In this document: positions 48,461 through 58,807 of the stretch, piece by piece
How the letters are laid out: the number at the start of each line of letters is the position of its first letter
Numbering within the stretch: the stretch's first letter is position 1
Source: an uncultured Spirochaetales bacterium
GTDB taxonomy: Bacteria > Spirochaetota > Spirochaetia > JABEVK01
Direction of reading: 5' to 3'
Length of the DNA: 64,000 bases
NCBI GenBank assembly: GCA_964475005.1
Contig: CAYYUZ010000003.1
Coordinates: forward strand, 3,500 to 67,499
Position numbers and translations under genes: made by a program
The notes under the pieces: model-generated
Told to the model about the DNA's origin: nothing
Seen by the model: only the letters and a program-made list of their open reading frames with translations
The model's database searches: none

Positions 48461-49528
48461 TCAAATTACCGAGAGGATCATCCCGGCGCCCAGGCACTCT
48501 TCGCCGGAATAGAACACCGAGAACTGGCCGGGGGCGATGCCCAGGTCGCCGGTTTCGAGGTGGACCGCCAGACGACTCTGATCGGCGCTCGGCTGGACCC
48601 GGCAGCGCACGAGCTCAGGTCCGTGGCGAAGTTTGCAAGTGAGCGGTTCGTCCGCCGTCGGCGGCCTATGAATCCAAGTCAGCTCGCCAACCACGAAATC
48701 GCTGCGGTTCTGCTCGGCGCGGTGTTCCTGATGACTGACGAGCACCACGTTGGTCTCCACATCCTTGCCGACGACGTACCAGGGGCCGTTTCCTAGTCCT
48801 AGGCCAGATCGCTGCCCGATGGTGTGAAACCAGTACCCCTTGTGCTCCCCCAGTTTCTTGCCGCTCTCGCGATCGACGATGGCTCCTGACTTTTCGCCCA
48901 AGTAGTATTTGACAAAGTCGTTGTACTTGATCTTGCCGAGGAAGCAGATTCCCTGGCTGTCCTTTCGCGCCTGGTTGGCCAAGTTGTACTCGTGAGCCAG
49001 TTCGCGGACGCGGTTCTTGAGGAGTCCCCCAATAGGGAATTCGATCTTGGAGACCTGAGCCTGGCTGAGATGGCTCAAGAAGTAAGTCTGGTCTTTCACG
49101 GGGTCGGGAGAACGCAGGAGGCGGACGGGACCGCCTGATCGGTCGACGACGCCATAGTGTCCGCTAGCGACCCGCTCGAAGGACTCGCCCACCTTGTCGT
49201 AGAAGGCTCCGAACTTGACCCTCTGGTTGCAGAAAATATCGGGAGAGGGAGTGTGCCCCACCCTCAGTTCTTTCAAGGCGTACTCGACGACTTTTTCGTA
49301 GTATTCGGCCTGAAGGGGAACCACCTTCAGGGAAACCCCCGCCGCATCGCACACCGCGCGGGCGTAACCCAAATCCTCTTCCCACGGGCAATCGCCTAAG
49401 TAGCTGAGTTCGTCTTCCAGCCAAATCTTGAGGTAGTAGGCCGTCACATTGTTACGGCCTTGCCGAAGGAGCTCGTAGAGCGCCACGGAACTGTCGACTC
49501 CCCCCGAAAGGAGCACAGCGGTCTTCAT
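48461..49528 (-). CDS. mnmA: tRNA-specific 2-thiouridylase
   Basis: PP-loop SGGVDSS at the N-terminus, 355 aa. Confidence 0.85.
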   Translation of the reverse strand: MKTAVLLSGGVDSSVALYELLRQGRNNVTAYYLKIWLEDELSYLGDCPWEEDLGYARAVCDAAGVSLKVVPLQAEYYEKVVEYALKELRVGHTPSPDIFCNQRVKFGAFYDKVGESFERVASGHYGVVDRSGGPVRLLRSPDPVKDQTYFLSHLSQAQVSKIEFPIGGLLKNRVRELAHEYNLANQARKDSQGICFLGKIKYNDFVKYYLGEKSGAIVDRESGKKLGEHKGYWFHTIGQRSGLGLGNGPWYVVGKDVETNVVLVSHQEHRAEQNRSDFVVGELTWIHRPPTADEPLTCKLRHGPELVRCRVQPSADQSRLAVHLETGDLGIAPGQFSVFYSGEECLGAGMILSVI

Positions 49529-49617
49529 CGCGACACCATATCAAAGACCTCGGTTCAAGGCTACTGCGTCTGCCTACCGACTTTTCGGGCGAACGCGGTT
49601 TAGGTATACTGGAGTGC

Positions 49618-50892
49618 ATGCCTCTCCCTCCCGTTGGAATCCACGACCTGGCCTTGGCCGTTCCTCGAAACCGCATCGACTTGGCGGAGCTTGCGGCGCG
49701 GCGGATCGCCGATGATCCCTCGATGGAGAAGCGGTTGGCCCGCGCGCTTGCAACCACGGGGCAGCGGACCATGCGCTACCCGGGGCCGACGGAGGACACG
49801 GTGACGCTTGCCGCCGAAGCGCTGCGGACGCTCCTGGACGCCAGGCCCGACCTGGATTCCAAAGGGCTCCGGTTTTTGACGTTGGGAACGGAGACAGGAG
49901 TCGATATGAGCAAGGCGGGTTCGTCCTACGTCCTGGGACTCCTGCAGAACTCCGGGTACCCCCTGCCCAGCACACTCTCGACGTTTCAGGTGCAGCACGC
50001 CTGCGCCGGGGGAACCTTGGCGCTGCTGACCCTTGCGGCTTTTCTTCAAGCCGCCGGCCAGGAAGGCGACTGCGCGGCGGTGCTGACCAGCGACATCGCG
50101 CGCTACAAGGCGCCGTCCACGGCCGAGATCACTCAAGGAGCCGGCGCCAGCGCGCTCTGGGTGGCCAGGAATCCCGATCTGCTCGAACTTGACCTGACGA
50201 CGGCGGGGTTCGCCAGCCATGACGTCGACGACTTCTTCCGCCCGCTGGGTTCGACCATTGCCAGGGTCAAAGGGGGCTACTCGCTGGCGTGCTACCACGA
50301 AAGCCTGGACCAGGCGTTTGAAGACCACTGCCGGCGGGCTGGCGTCTCTCCGGCGGACGAGCTGGCCTCTGTGGATGCCTTTTCCCTACACGTTCCCTAC
50401 GCCACGATGCCTGTTTCGGCCATGGAGAAGCTCCTCGAAAAGCACCTGGCCCTCGACGCCGCAGCGTCGCGCACGTTTTTGGAAGAACGCGGTTTCTTCG
50501 CCGGTCTGGAACCAACCGCCCAAATAGGAAACCTCTACACGGGAAGCCTTTATCTGAACCTAGTTTTCGGTCTGGCCGAAAGGGCCAGCGTCTGGGGCGC
50601 GCACACGGCGGGCAAAAAAGTTCTCTTGGCCAGCTACGGTTCGGGCAACACCATGGCCGTCTTTGTCGGGCGTCTGGCGCCCCAGGCCCTGCGGACCATC
50701 TCAAAATGGCGTCTTGAACCGCTTCTGACCGATTTCGACGACCCGTCCTTCGATTTCTATCAGTCCTGGCTCCACACCGAGAAGTCGGCCCACAACTACG
50801 CAGCGCTGTACGCAGCCAATCCGCCGCAACCGGGCCGGTTCGCACTGACGGGCATAAGGGAGGACGGTTACCGTGAGTACAGACTCCTTTGA
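49618..50892 (+). CDS. mvaS: Hydroxymethylglutaryl-CoA synthase
   Basis: 424-aa thiolase-fold enzyme with active-site Cys context (VQHACAGGT); first gene of a mevalonate operon. Confidence 0.7.
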   Translation: MPLPPVGIHDLALAVPRNRIDLAELAARRIADDPSMEKRLARALATTGQRTMRYPGPTEDTVTLAAEALRTLLDARPDLDSKGLRFLTLGTETGVDMSKAGSSYVLGLLQNSGYPLPSTLSTFQVQHACAGGTLALLTLAAFLQAAGQEGDCAAVLTSDIARYKAPSTAEITQGAGASALWVARNPDLLELDLTTAGFASHDVDDFFRPLGSTIARVKGGYSLACYHESLDQAFEDHCRRAGVSPADELASVDAFSLHVPYATMPVSAMEKLLEKHLALDAAASRTFLEERGFFAGLEPTAQIGNLYTGSLYLNLVFGLAERASVWGAHTAGKKVLLASYGSGNTMAVFVGRLAPQALRTISKWRLEPLLTDFDDPSFDFYQSWLHTEKSAHNYAALYAANPPQPGRFALTGIREDGYREYRLL

Positions 50893-51973
50893 CGAGGCGC
50901 GTGACGCCGACCGCGACCTGAAAGGCCGAAAGACCAGGCACATAGAAATCTGCACAAGCCCGGACTACGACCCCGAAGGAGGTTCGGCGCTGTTTGAACA
51001 TTTGAGCTTCCGTCACCGGGCTCTCCCCGAAATGGCGTGGGACGAGGTCAAAACCGAGACAGAGTTCCTGGGCCGCAAGGTCAAGCTGCCCCTGTTCATC
51101 AGCTGCATGACGGGGGGTTCCGACTCGAGCTATGGGATCAACAAAGATCTAGCGAGGGCGGCCCAGAGCGTGGGGGTGCCCGTCGGAATGGGTTCCATCC
51201 GCATCCTGTTTCGGCGACCCGAGGCATTTCCCGATTTCCACCTGAGGCCGCTAGCTCCCGATGTTCCCATTTTGAGCAACCTTGGCGCCCAACAGCTCGT
51301 GGAAGAACGGCTTCGGGACAACTACAAGACTCTGCGTGGCTGGAACGAAAAACTGGAAGTCGATGCCCAGGTGATTCACCTCAACCCCGGGCAAGAGGTC
51401 TACCAAGATCACGGCGACCGCGATTTCCGAGGCATCAAGGACACGTTGGAGGACTTCATCGCCAAGAGCCGGATCCCCGTCATCGTCAAGGAGACCGGCT
51501 TCGGTCTGGCGCCCGACGAGGTTGACTGGCTACTCAAGGTGGGGGCTACAGCGGTAGACCTGGCGGGGGCCGGAGGAACGAACTGGCTGACGGTCGAGGC
51601 CTACCGCCTCGACGAAGTCGCGTTCGAAAGCGCCGAGGCTCTCAGGGAATGGGGGTGGCCAACGGCGCTGCTTCTCGCCGCCGTCGGCCACCGAAAAGGC
51701 CGCATTTTGGCCTCGGGAGGGCTTCGCTCGGGCGTCGATCTGGCCAAAGCCCTGGCCTTGGGCGCGCATTCGGGAGGGTTTGCCCTCCCCGTGATGCGTG
51801 CGGCCAAAGAAGGAGGCGTCGAGGGCGTGGTCTCGCTCTTGTCGGGTTACACCCGCGCCCTCAAGACCGCAATGATCCTCACCTCAAGCCGCACCCTGGC
51901 TGAGCTGCGCAAGGCTCCCCTTGACTACTCGCGCGAGTTTGAATACCGGCTCAAACGATTGGGGAAGGCCTGA
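50873..51973 (+). CDS. fni: Isopentenyl-diphosphate delta-isomerase, type 2 (FMN-dependent)
   Basis: TIM-barrel FMN enzyme; C-terminal SGGLRSGVDLAKALALGA motif. Confidence 0.75.
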   Translation: MSTDSFDEARDADRDLKGRKTRHIEICTSPDYDPEGGSALFEHLSFRHRALPEMAWDEVKTETEFLGRKVKLPLFISCMTGGSDSSYGINKDLARAAQSVGVPVGMGSIRILFRRPEAFPDFHLRPLAPDVPILSNLGAQQLVEERLRDNYKTLRGWNEKLEVDAQVIHLNPGQEVYQDHGDRDFRGIKDTLEDFIAKSRIPVIVKETGFGLAPDEVDWLLKVGATAVDLAGAGGTNWLTVEAYRLDEVAFESAEALREWGWPTALLLAAVGHRKGRILASGGLRSGVDLAKALALGAHSGGFALPVMRAAKEGGVEGVVSLLSGYTRALKTAMILTSSRTLAELRKAPLDYSREFEYRLKRLGKA

Positions 51974-51976
51974 GCC

Positions 51977-53104
51977 GTGGACAAACCCGACCCGCCGCTG
52001 CGAAAGCGCACCATCGAGGAACGTCGGACCTGGTGGCTCGACGCCTGCAAGGCCGACCCGGAGCAGACCCGTTTTTTCAAAGAGTCGGGGTCCGACCTCG
52101 CGCTCGCCGACAGGCTTGTCGAAAACGCCGTCGGCTGGATGCCGATTCCGCTTGGTGTGGTTTCCGGCTTGGTCGTCAACGGAACTTCCTACCAGGTGCC
52201 GTTGGCCACCGAAGAACCTTCTGTGATCGCCGCGGCCAGCGCGGCAGCCTCGGCCGCAGCACGCTGCGGGGGTTTCACCGCCGGGGCCGCTATGCCGGTC
52301 ATGAGGGCGCAGGTTTTTTTGGAAGGGTCTGCCGCCGACGCCGAAGTTAGGCTCGAGGGTGCGCGCGGTGCGCTTGAAGCCGAGGCCAGGCAGCTTCTTA
52401 CGTCGATGGAGCGCCGGGGAGGCGGTCTGCGGGGACTCTCGATGGCGAGGCTTGAGGGTCTGGAAGTGGCGGTCGTGCATCTCGACGTCGACGTGCGCGA
52501 CGCCCTGGGAGCCAATCTTCTCAATACACTGGCCGAGACCCTATCGCCTTCTTTGGAAGCGTATTTGGGGGGAAAGAAGCTGATGGCCATCCTTTCCAAC
52601 GATGCGGGGTTCCGGCCCGCCTGGGCCGAAGTCTGGCTGACGGTCGACCCCGAACGGGCCCGACGAATCGCGCTCGCCTCGGCGGTGGCGCAGATCGATT
52701 CCCAACGGGCCATCACTCACAACAAGGGGATCATGAATGGAATCGCTGCTCTCGCTTTGGCAACGGGCAACGATACAAGGGCCCTGGAAGCCTCCGTCCA
52801 CCAGTTTGCGGGTGCCTCGGGGACGTATCGGGGGCTTACCTCCTGGACCGTCAGCGCCGAAGGACTTCACGGCAGGATCGACCTTCCGCTGGCGCTGGCC
52901 ACCGTTGGCGGTTCGGTGGGCATTCACCCTGCCGCCCAAATGGCCCTGCAACTGCTGGGGAATCCCGATGCGCCCGCTCTGTGCTCGATCGCCGCAGCCC
53001 TGGGACTGGCCCAAAACTATGCGGCTCTCAACGCCTTGGTCGGTGAAGGCATCCAGAAGGGCCACATGGCGTTGCACTCACGCCGGACCCAACGGACCGA
53101 CTAA
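51977..53104 (+). CDS. mvaA: HMG-CoA reductase, class II
   Basis: ENAVGWMPIP (ENxxG), RDALGANLLN (DAMGAN) and ATVGGSVG (GTVGG) motifs. Confidence 0.8.
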   Translation: MDKPDPPLRKRTIEERRTWWLDACKADPEQTRFFKESGSDLALADRLVENAVGWMPIPLGVVSGLVVNGTSYQVPLATEEPSVIAAASAAASAAARCGGFTAGAAMPVMRAQVFLEGSAADAEVRLEGARGALEAEARQLLTSMERRGGGLRGLSMARLEGLEVAVVHLDVDVRDALGANLLNTLAETLSPSLEAYLGGKKLMAILSNDAGFRPAWAEVWLTVDPERARRIALASAVAQIDSQRAITHNKGIMNGIAALALATGNDTRALEASVHQFAGASGTYRGLTSWTVSAEGLHGRIDLPLALATVGGSVGIHPAAQMALQLLGNPDAPALCSIAAALGLAQNYAALNALVGEGIQKGHMALHSRRTQRTD

Positions 53105-53161
53105 GCCGCCACCCGCGAAACTTGGCTTTCGCCGGCGCAATGAATTACCCTTAAGCGTATC

Positions 53162-55039
53162 ATGCCGCCGCCATCCTCCGGCCACGATCCCGATGCCTCC
53201 TACCGATGGAAGAACCTTTTCGACTTCGCCGCCGATGCCATTGTGCTTGGCAGTTCCGAGGGTATCATCCTCGAAGCCAACGACGAGGCCTGCCGTCTCA
53301 CCGGCTACTCCACCGCAGAACTTGTCGGAAGGCCGATCGAAGATTTCTTCAGCCCCGAGGAACAGGCTCGGGTTCCTCTCAACTACCGCGATCTGATGAA
53401 GGGACTGGTCATCCGCAATAGCCGGATGCTGAACCGGCGGGATGGAACCGTCTTTCCCGTCGAAATGAGCACCAAGCTGATGCCCGACGGGGTGTTTCAG
53501 ACCTACGTTCGGGACATCACGGAGTCGCTTCGAGCCGAAAGGGAACTCAAACTCAGCGAGGAGAAATTTGCCAAAGCCTTCCGAACCAGTCCGGACTCAG
53601 TCGCCATCAACCGGCTCTCTGACGGGATGTACCTGGAGATCAACGACGGCTTCGAAGCGATGACAGGCTACACTCCCGCCGAAGTCATCGGGCGACGTTC
53701 CGTCCCTGGCGATTTGGGGATCTGGGTTAAAAAGGAAGACCGCGAACACGTGGTGGCTTTGCTCAATCGGGGAGAACCCGTCCGCGGCTTGGAGGCTCAG
53801 TTCCGCAGAAAAGACGGGGGAATCATCATCGGGTCGTTCTCGGCTCGGCAGATTGAAATTCAGGGAGTCCCGTGTCTGCTGTCGATCACCCGCGACATTA
53901 CCGAAAAGAAGCACACCGAGGAAGCGCTTCGCAACGCCCAGAAGCTCGAATCCTTGGGGGTCTTGGCCGGAGGAATTGCCCACGATTTCAACAACTTGCT
54001 GACGGGTGTCTTTGGATATGTCTCTACCGCCAGAGAACTTATCGATGATGGACACCCTGCGCGCCAAGGATTGGACCGCGCGTTGGACGTCTTTGACCGC
54101 GCTAAGGCCCTGAGTCATCAGCTGCTGACCTTTGCCAAAGGGGGAGCTCCTGTCAAGACGCTCCTTGTGCTTCCGGCTCTTCTCCAGTCGAGTGCCCAGT
54201 TTGCCTTGAGCGGTTCCAACGTCAAAGCGGAGCTTCGGATGGAAACGGGACTCTGGGCCTGCGAAGCCGACGTTTACCAGATCGGGCAGGTCCTCGACAA
54301 CCTCATTCTCAACGCCCGGCAGGCGATGCCCGAAGGTGGAACGGTCACCATTGCGGCCTCGAACGTAGCCGACCCGGCACCGGTGCCGCTTGGCCCTGGG
54401 CCCTGGGTGAAGATCGAGGTCGGGGACAGGGGAGTTGGTATTCCGCAGGCTCACCTTTCCCAGGTCTTTGACCCCTTCTTCACCACCAAGGCGCAGGGAA
54501 CCGGCCTGGGATTGGCGACGGCGTTTTCCATCGTCAAGCGGCACGGGGGCCTCTTGAAGGTCGACTCCGAGGTGGGTAAAGGTTCCAAGTTCACGTTCCA
54601 CCTTCCCGCATCGCTGGACACTGTAGAAACGGCTCCCCAAACGCCTCAGGAAAGGCATGTGTGCAAGGGCAGCCGCATCCTCCTGCTCGACGACGAGCCC
54701 TTCATTCTCGAGATCGGACGGCGGCTCTTGGAGAATTGGGGATGCCAGATCAGCGTCGCGGTCAACGCCTTTGAGGTGCTCAAACTCTACACGGCGTCGC
54801 TGCGCACTGGACCGCGGTTCGACCTTGTCATCCTCGACCTGACGATTCCTGGCGGAGAAGGAGGCGTTCAGATCCTCGAACAACTCAAGCGTCTGGATCC
54901 GCGGGTGAGGGCGGTGGCGTCGAGCGGATACTCGGACGATCCGGTGATGGCTGTTCCCCTACGCTACGGTTTTCTGGGCAGCCTTCCCAAGCCCTACCGC
55001 TCGACCGAGTTTCAAGAGCTCCTGGATCGGCTCCTGTAA
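53162..55039 (+). CDS. Hybrid sensor histidine kinase (2x PAS - HisKA - HATPase - receiver) embedded in the mevalonate operon
   Basis: H-box AHDFNNLL, N/G boxes (LNARQAM, GDRGVGI, GTGLGL), receiver ILLLDDEP...DLVILDLTIPGG. Confidence 0.8.
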   Translation: MPPPSSGHDPDASYRWKNLFDFAADAIVLGSSEGIILEANDEACRLTGYSTAELVGRPIEDFFSPEEQARVPLNYRDLMKGLVIRNSRMLNRRDGTVFPVEMSTKLMPDGVFQTYVRDITESLRAERELKLSEEKFAKAFRTSPDSVAINRLSDGMYLEINDGFEAMTGYTPAEVIGRRSVPGDLGIWVKKEDREHVVALLNRGEPVRGLEAQFRRKDGGIIIGSFSARQIEIQGVPCLLSITRDITEKKHTEEALRNAQKLESLGVLAGGIAHDFNNLLTGVFGYVSTARELIDDGHPARQGLDRALDVFDRAKALSHQLLTFAKGGAPVKTLLVLPALLQSSAQFALSGSNVKAELRMETGLWACEADVYQIGQVLDNLILNARQAMPEGGTVTIAASNVADPAPVPLGPGPWVKIEVGDRGVGIPQAHLSQVFDPFFTTKAQGTGLGLATAFSIVKRHGGLLKVDSEVGKGSKFTFHLPASLDTVETAPQTPQERHVCKGSRILLLDDEPFILEIGRRLLENWGCQISVAVNAFEVLKLYTASLRTGPRFDLVILDLTIPGGEGGVQILEQLKRLDPRVRAVASSGYSDDPVMAVPLRYGFLGSLPKPYRSTEFQELLDRLL

Positions 55040-55077
55040 CAGTTGTCACGACTTGGGGCCGGTGCTAGGGTGACACC

Positions 55078-56037
55078 GTGAAAACCACAGGCCACGCCCT
55101 TGCCGGCCCCAGCTTGGCTCTCATTAAATACTGGGGCAAAAAATCAAGCGTCGACAACACTCCTGCGACCGGCAGTTTGGCGGTGACCCTTGAGGGTCTC
55201 GAATCGCGCACAGTGGCGAATTTCGACGACCGCGACTCTGTCGTGGTCAACGGCCGCGAGGAACCGCCGGCCCGTTTCTCGCCGTTTCTCGACCATTTGC
55301 GCGCGAAACTTGGCCTGGCAGACCAAGGTCTGGAGGTCGCTTCGACAAACAACTTCCCGACTGCAGCGGGTTTGGCCAGTTCCTCCTCGGGATTCGCCGC
55401 GTTGACGGGAGCCGTTGCGGCCTTGGCTGGGCAGGAGCTTGCCCCCGCGGACCTATCGGCGCTTGCTCGTCTTGGCTCGGGCAGCGCGACGCGTTCGGTC
55501 TTCGGGGGGTTCACCGTGTTCGAGGCCGGCGCGGCGGCGGCCCAACCTCTGCACGACGCGTCTTTCTGGGAGGACTTTCGGGTCGTTTTGGCCATTGTCC
55601 GCGAGGAAAGCAAGCCGACCTCCAGCCGCTCCGCGATGGAGTCAAGCCGCCTCACCAGTCCGTACTACGACCGCTGGGTCGAAACCTCGCCGGCCCTTCT
55701 TACCAAGGCCCGTTCGGCCGTCGCCGAGCGCGATTGGTCTCAGCTGGGTCCGCTGATCCGGCAAAGCTACCTGCGGATGTTCTCCACGATGTTCAGCGCC
55801 GAGCCGCCTTTGATCTACTGGCAGCCCGCCAGCCTTGCGTTGATTCAGGCGCTTGAGACCCTCCGCCAGGAAGGTTTCACGGCGTTCGAAACCATGGACG
55901 CCGGACCGCAAGTCAAGATCTTTTGCCCAGAAGACCAATGCGCGGCTCTGGTGGGTGAACTCGGCCGCAGGGTTGGGGGTCTTCGTTTCCTGACAGCGGG
56001 GCCCGGTCCTGGCCTGCGTTTCTGGAGAACCGAATGA
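55078..56037 (+). CDS. mvaD: Diphosphomevalonate decarboxylase
   Basis: LALIKYWGKK and FPTAAGLASSSSGFAAL GHMP motifs. Confidence 0.85.
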   Translation: MKTTGHALAGPSLALIKYWGKKSSVDNTPATGSLAVTLEGLESRTVANFDDRDSVVVNGREEPPARFSPFLDHLRAKLGLADQGLEVASTNNFPTAAGLASSSSGFAALTGAVAALAGQELAPADLSALARLGSGSATRSVFGGFTVFEAGAAAAQPLHDASFWEDFRVVLAIVREESKPTSSRSAMESSRLTSPYYDRWVETSPALLTKARSAVAERDWSQLGPLIRQSYLRMFSTMFSAEPPLIYWQPASLALIQALETLRQEGFTAFETMDAGPQVKIFCPEDQCAALVGELGRRVGGLRFLTAGPGPGLRFWRTE

Positions 56038-57002
56038 GTTCGTTTCGCCTGACGGTTCCGGGCAATCTGCTTCTGGCCGGCGAGTACGCGGTGTTGGAGG
56101 AAGGTGGACTGGGAGCGGCCGTGGCTGTCGAACCCCGTCTCATTGTCACAGTTTTTCCGTCGGACCACTGGGAAATCGTCGGCCGCTGGGTCGGCGGCGA
56201 GGAGGTCTGGAACCCCGAGTCGGCCCTGCCGCCGACCTTCGCGGGCGCGGTTTTTCTTCGAGCGTTGGAACTGCTGGAAAGCCGGGGAGGCGAACGCGAA
56301 CGCCGCTGGCCTCGGCGGATACCAGCCGCCCGCATCGAGCTGGACTCCTCCCGCTTCTTCGACGCCCAGGGCCGCAAGAGGGGTTTCGGCTCGTCTGCGG
56401 CGCTGGCTGCCGGTTTGACAGCAGCCCTGGCGGGTTTGGGCGAACGCGAACTCTCGCCGGTCTTGTACCAAACCGCGGTCGCCGCACACCGCCACGCTCA
56501 AGGCGGCGCCGGTTCGGGCTACGATGTGACTGCAAGCTGGTTTGGTGGGTTCGGGCTTTTTGTGGGGGGCGAGGCCCCCCGCTGGGAACCCGTCGATCCG
56601 ATCTTCCCTCCCCTCGCCGTGTTTTCCGGCCCCGAGACGGTGCGCACGGTGGGCTCCATTGCGCGCTACCGGCAGTGGAAGCTCGACGCGCCCCGGGAGG
56701 TCCGCGACTTTCTCGACGCCAGCAACGCCGCGGTGAACGGCCTGGTGCGGTCGCGCACGCTCGTGTCCCTGCTTGACGCGTGGGCGCAGACGCGCGAATT
56801 TGGTTTGCAAGTCGGCCGACGCATCGGCAGCGACGCGTCTCTTGAGGTGCCCGAAGGCCTGCCGCCCGATACGTTTATCAAGGCCCTCGGCGCCGGAAAC
56901 GAGACGGGTCTTGCCGTTTTGCCCAACGCAGGTGAGGTGGGCACGCTACCGAAAGCTGTGGTCGCCCTCGAAATGGCAAAGGAAGGCGTGAGGTGGGAGT
57001 AG
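56034..57002 (+). CDS. Phosphomevalonate kinase (GHMP type)
   Basis: VPGNLLLAGEYAVLE N-terminus, GFGSSAALAAG ATP-binding loop. Confidence 0.7.
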   Translation: MSSFRLTVPGNLLLAGEYAVLEEGGLGAAVAVEPRLIVTVFPSDHWEIVGRWVGGEEVWNPESALPPTFAGAVFLRALELLESRGGERERRWPRRIPAARIELDSSRFFDAQGRKRGFGSSAALAAGLTAALAGLGERELSPVLYQTAVAAHRHAQGGAGSGYDVTASWFGGFGLFVGGEAPRWEPVDPIFPPLAVFSGPETVRTVGSIARYRQWKLDAPREVRDFLDASNAAVNGLVRSRTLVSLLDAWAQTREFGLQVGRRIGSDASLEVPEGLPPDTFIKALGAGNETGLAVLPNAGEVGTLPKAVVALEMAKEGVRWE

Positions 57003-57886
57003 GCAGGGCGAAGCTCTTGCTCTTTGGCGAGCACGCCGCCGTCTACGGATACCCGGCGGTCGGCCGCTCGCTTCCCTGGTCGCTTACGGTCACTTCGAGC
57101 CCGGCACCGTCGTGGGAGCTTCCGGGTCTGGACCAGCAGAAAAGTATGGTCGGGGCGCTTGTCGAACGGCTGGAATACCTGGCGCTTGAAGCGGGGGGTC
57201 CGCCCCTAGAACCTGGCCGCCTGAAAATCTGTGCGGATGTTCCAGTAGGGAGCGGGTTTGGATCGTCGGCCGCGCTTTGCGCTGCCCTGGTGAACCTCTG
57301 GTTTCCAGACCGGTCAGCCGCCGATAGGGACTGGTTGGCTTGGCGCGGGGAACAGCTCTTCCATGGAACGCCCTCGGGCATCGACACGGCTCTGGCGCTG
57401 CGAGAAGGCTGGTGGGCGCTAGACGCCTCAAAATCCCCAGCCGCCGCTTCTTCCCTTCCTGACCCGGGTCTTGTGCTCGTGGTCGGCGCTGTCGTTCGAG
57501 AAAGAACCACAAAGTTCCTGGTCGCCGACCTAGCCCAACGGCGCGAGCGTGACCCTGCGGCGGCAAAGGCCGTCGAGTCCTTGGGAGAGATTTCGGCCAG
57601 CGCCGTTGCCGCCATGGCGGGACGTCAGACCGAGGCGCTGTTTCCGCTCGTGGTTCAAGCTCGCGAGGCGCTTTGCGCTCTGGGACTAGAGACGACTGCG
57701 CTCCGAGTAGCCATCGACGAGGGGCTTTCCTGCCCCGGTGGCCTTGCGGGAAAACTGTCAGGTGCTGGCGGCGGCGGGGCGTTCTTTCTGGCCTTCGAAA
57801 CCCGCGAAACAGCGCAGGCCGCCCTGCCTCGAATTCGTTCGAGGCTCCCCGAAGCGACCTGGACCGTGGAGCCATGTTTGGTGTAG
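56993..57886 (+). CDS. mvk: Mevalonate kinase
   Basis: KLLLFGEHAAVYG N-terminus, GSGFGSSAALCAAL loop, C-terminal GKLSGAGGGG. Confidence 0.8.
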   Translation: MGVGRAKLLLFGEHAAVYGYPAVGRSLPWSLTVTSSPAPSWELPGLDQQKSMVGALVERLEYLALEAGGPPLEPGRLKICADVPVGSGFGSSAALCAALVNLWFPDRSAADRDWLAWRGEQLFHGTPSGIDTALALREGWWALDASKSPAAASSLPDPGLVLVVGAVVRERTTKFLVADLAQRRERDPAAAKAVESLGEISASAVAAMAGRQTEALFPLVVQAREALCALGLETTALRVAIDEGLSCPGGLAGKLSGAGGGGAFFLAFETRETAQAALPRIRSRLPEATWTVEPCLV

Positions 57887-57948
57887 TCCCCTCCCCCAAA
57901 TGGATTTTGAATGATTCTAGATTTAATACGAAATGGCATTAACTTTTC

Positions 57949-57985
57949 TTGACAAAACTAGTCATCTTCACCCATATTTACTGTC
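57949..57985 (+). promoter_or_regulatory. Candidate sigma-70-type promoter of the cox operon
   Basis: TTGACA at 57949, then a TA-rich -10 candidate (CATATT/TATTTA) about 17-19 nt downstream, ending 1 nt before the coxB ATG. Confidence 0.35.
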
Positions 57986-58795
57986 ATGAAACCCTTCAAC
58001 CCGAAATGGGCCTTGCCGATCCTTTTCGTTCTTGCCGCGTTCCCGGTTTTTTCGGACTCCTTCATTGCGCAGCCCATCACCGAGTACGGCGTCAAGATCG
58101 TCGGCTTGTCGTACATCATGATGGCCCTCTGTATTCTGTTTTTCCTTCTCGTCGTCGGAGTCATCGGCTACTCGCTATGGAAGTTCCGTGCCAAGGGACC
58201 GAACGAAGAGGGTGTGGCCATCCACGGCCACACAGGGCTTGAAATCGTCTGGACCGTGATTCCGGCGCTCATCATGCTGGCGTTGGGTTTGGCCAGCACA
58301 GTGCTTGTTTTCGACCAGCTCAACCCTCCCAAAAAGACGTTGATTGTCAAAGTGACCGGGTACCAGTTCGGCTGGGACTTCGAATACTACCAGGCCGACG
58401 CGTCGCTGAGTTCGGGCGCCTCCGACGTGCAAACCGTCCGCAACATCTGCGGCAACCCGGCCGTCATGGTCAAGATCAAGAGCCTCCACGTGAAAAGCAT
58501 CGATGAGTTCACCATCCCAAAAGATACAGATATTCGGTTTCTGACGAGTTCAAAAGACGTTGTCCACAGTTTCTGGGTCCCTGAATTTCTGATCAAACGC
58601 GACATGGTGCCGGGGTTGGTCGCCGACTTCTGGGTCCATCCGAACCAAACCGGCGACTTTGTGGCCAAGTGTGCGGCCCTGTGCGGCGCCAGCCACGGCC
58701 TTATGGTCGCCAAGGTCCACGTTGTTGACCGGCAGCAATTCCAAACCTGGTTGGCAGCCCAACCCGGGGCTGATCTCAGCCCTCTAGCTAATTGA
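57986..58795 (+). CDS. coxB: Cytochrome c oxidase subunit II (CuA)
   Basis: Signal peptide plus 2 TM helices; CuA ligands H...CAALCGASH..M. Confidence 0.8.
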   Translation: MKPFNPKWALPILFVLAAFPVFSDSFIAQPITEYGVKIVGLSYIMMALCILFFLLVVGVIGYSLWKFRAKGPNEEGVAIHGHTGLEIVWTVIPALIMLALGLASTVLVFDQLNPPKKTLIVKVTGYQFGWDFEYYQADASLSSGASDVQTVRNICGNPAVMVKIKSLHVKSIDEFTIPKDTDIRFLTSSKDVVHSFWVPEFLIKRDMVPGLVADFWVHPNQTGDFVAKCAALCGASHGLMVAKVHVVDRQQFQTWLAAQPGADLSPLAN

Positions 58796-58807
58796 TCGGA
58801 GGATCTT

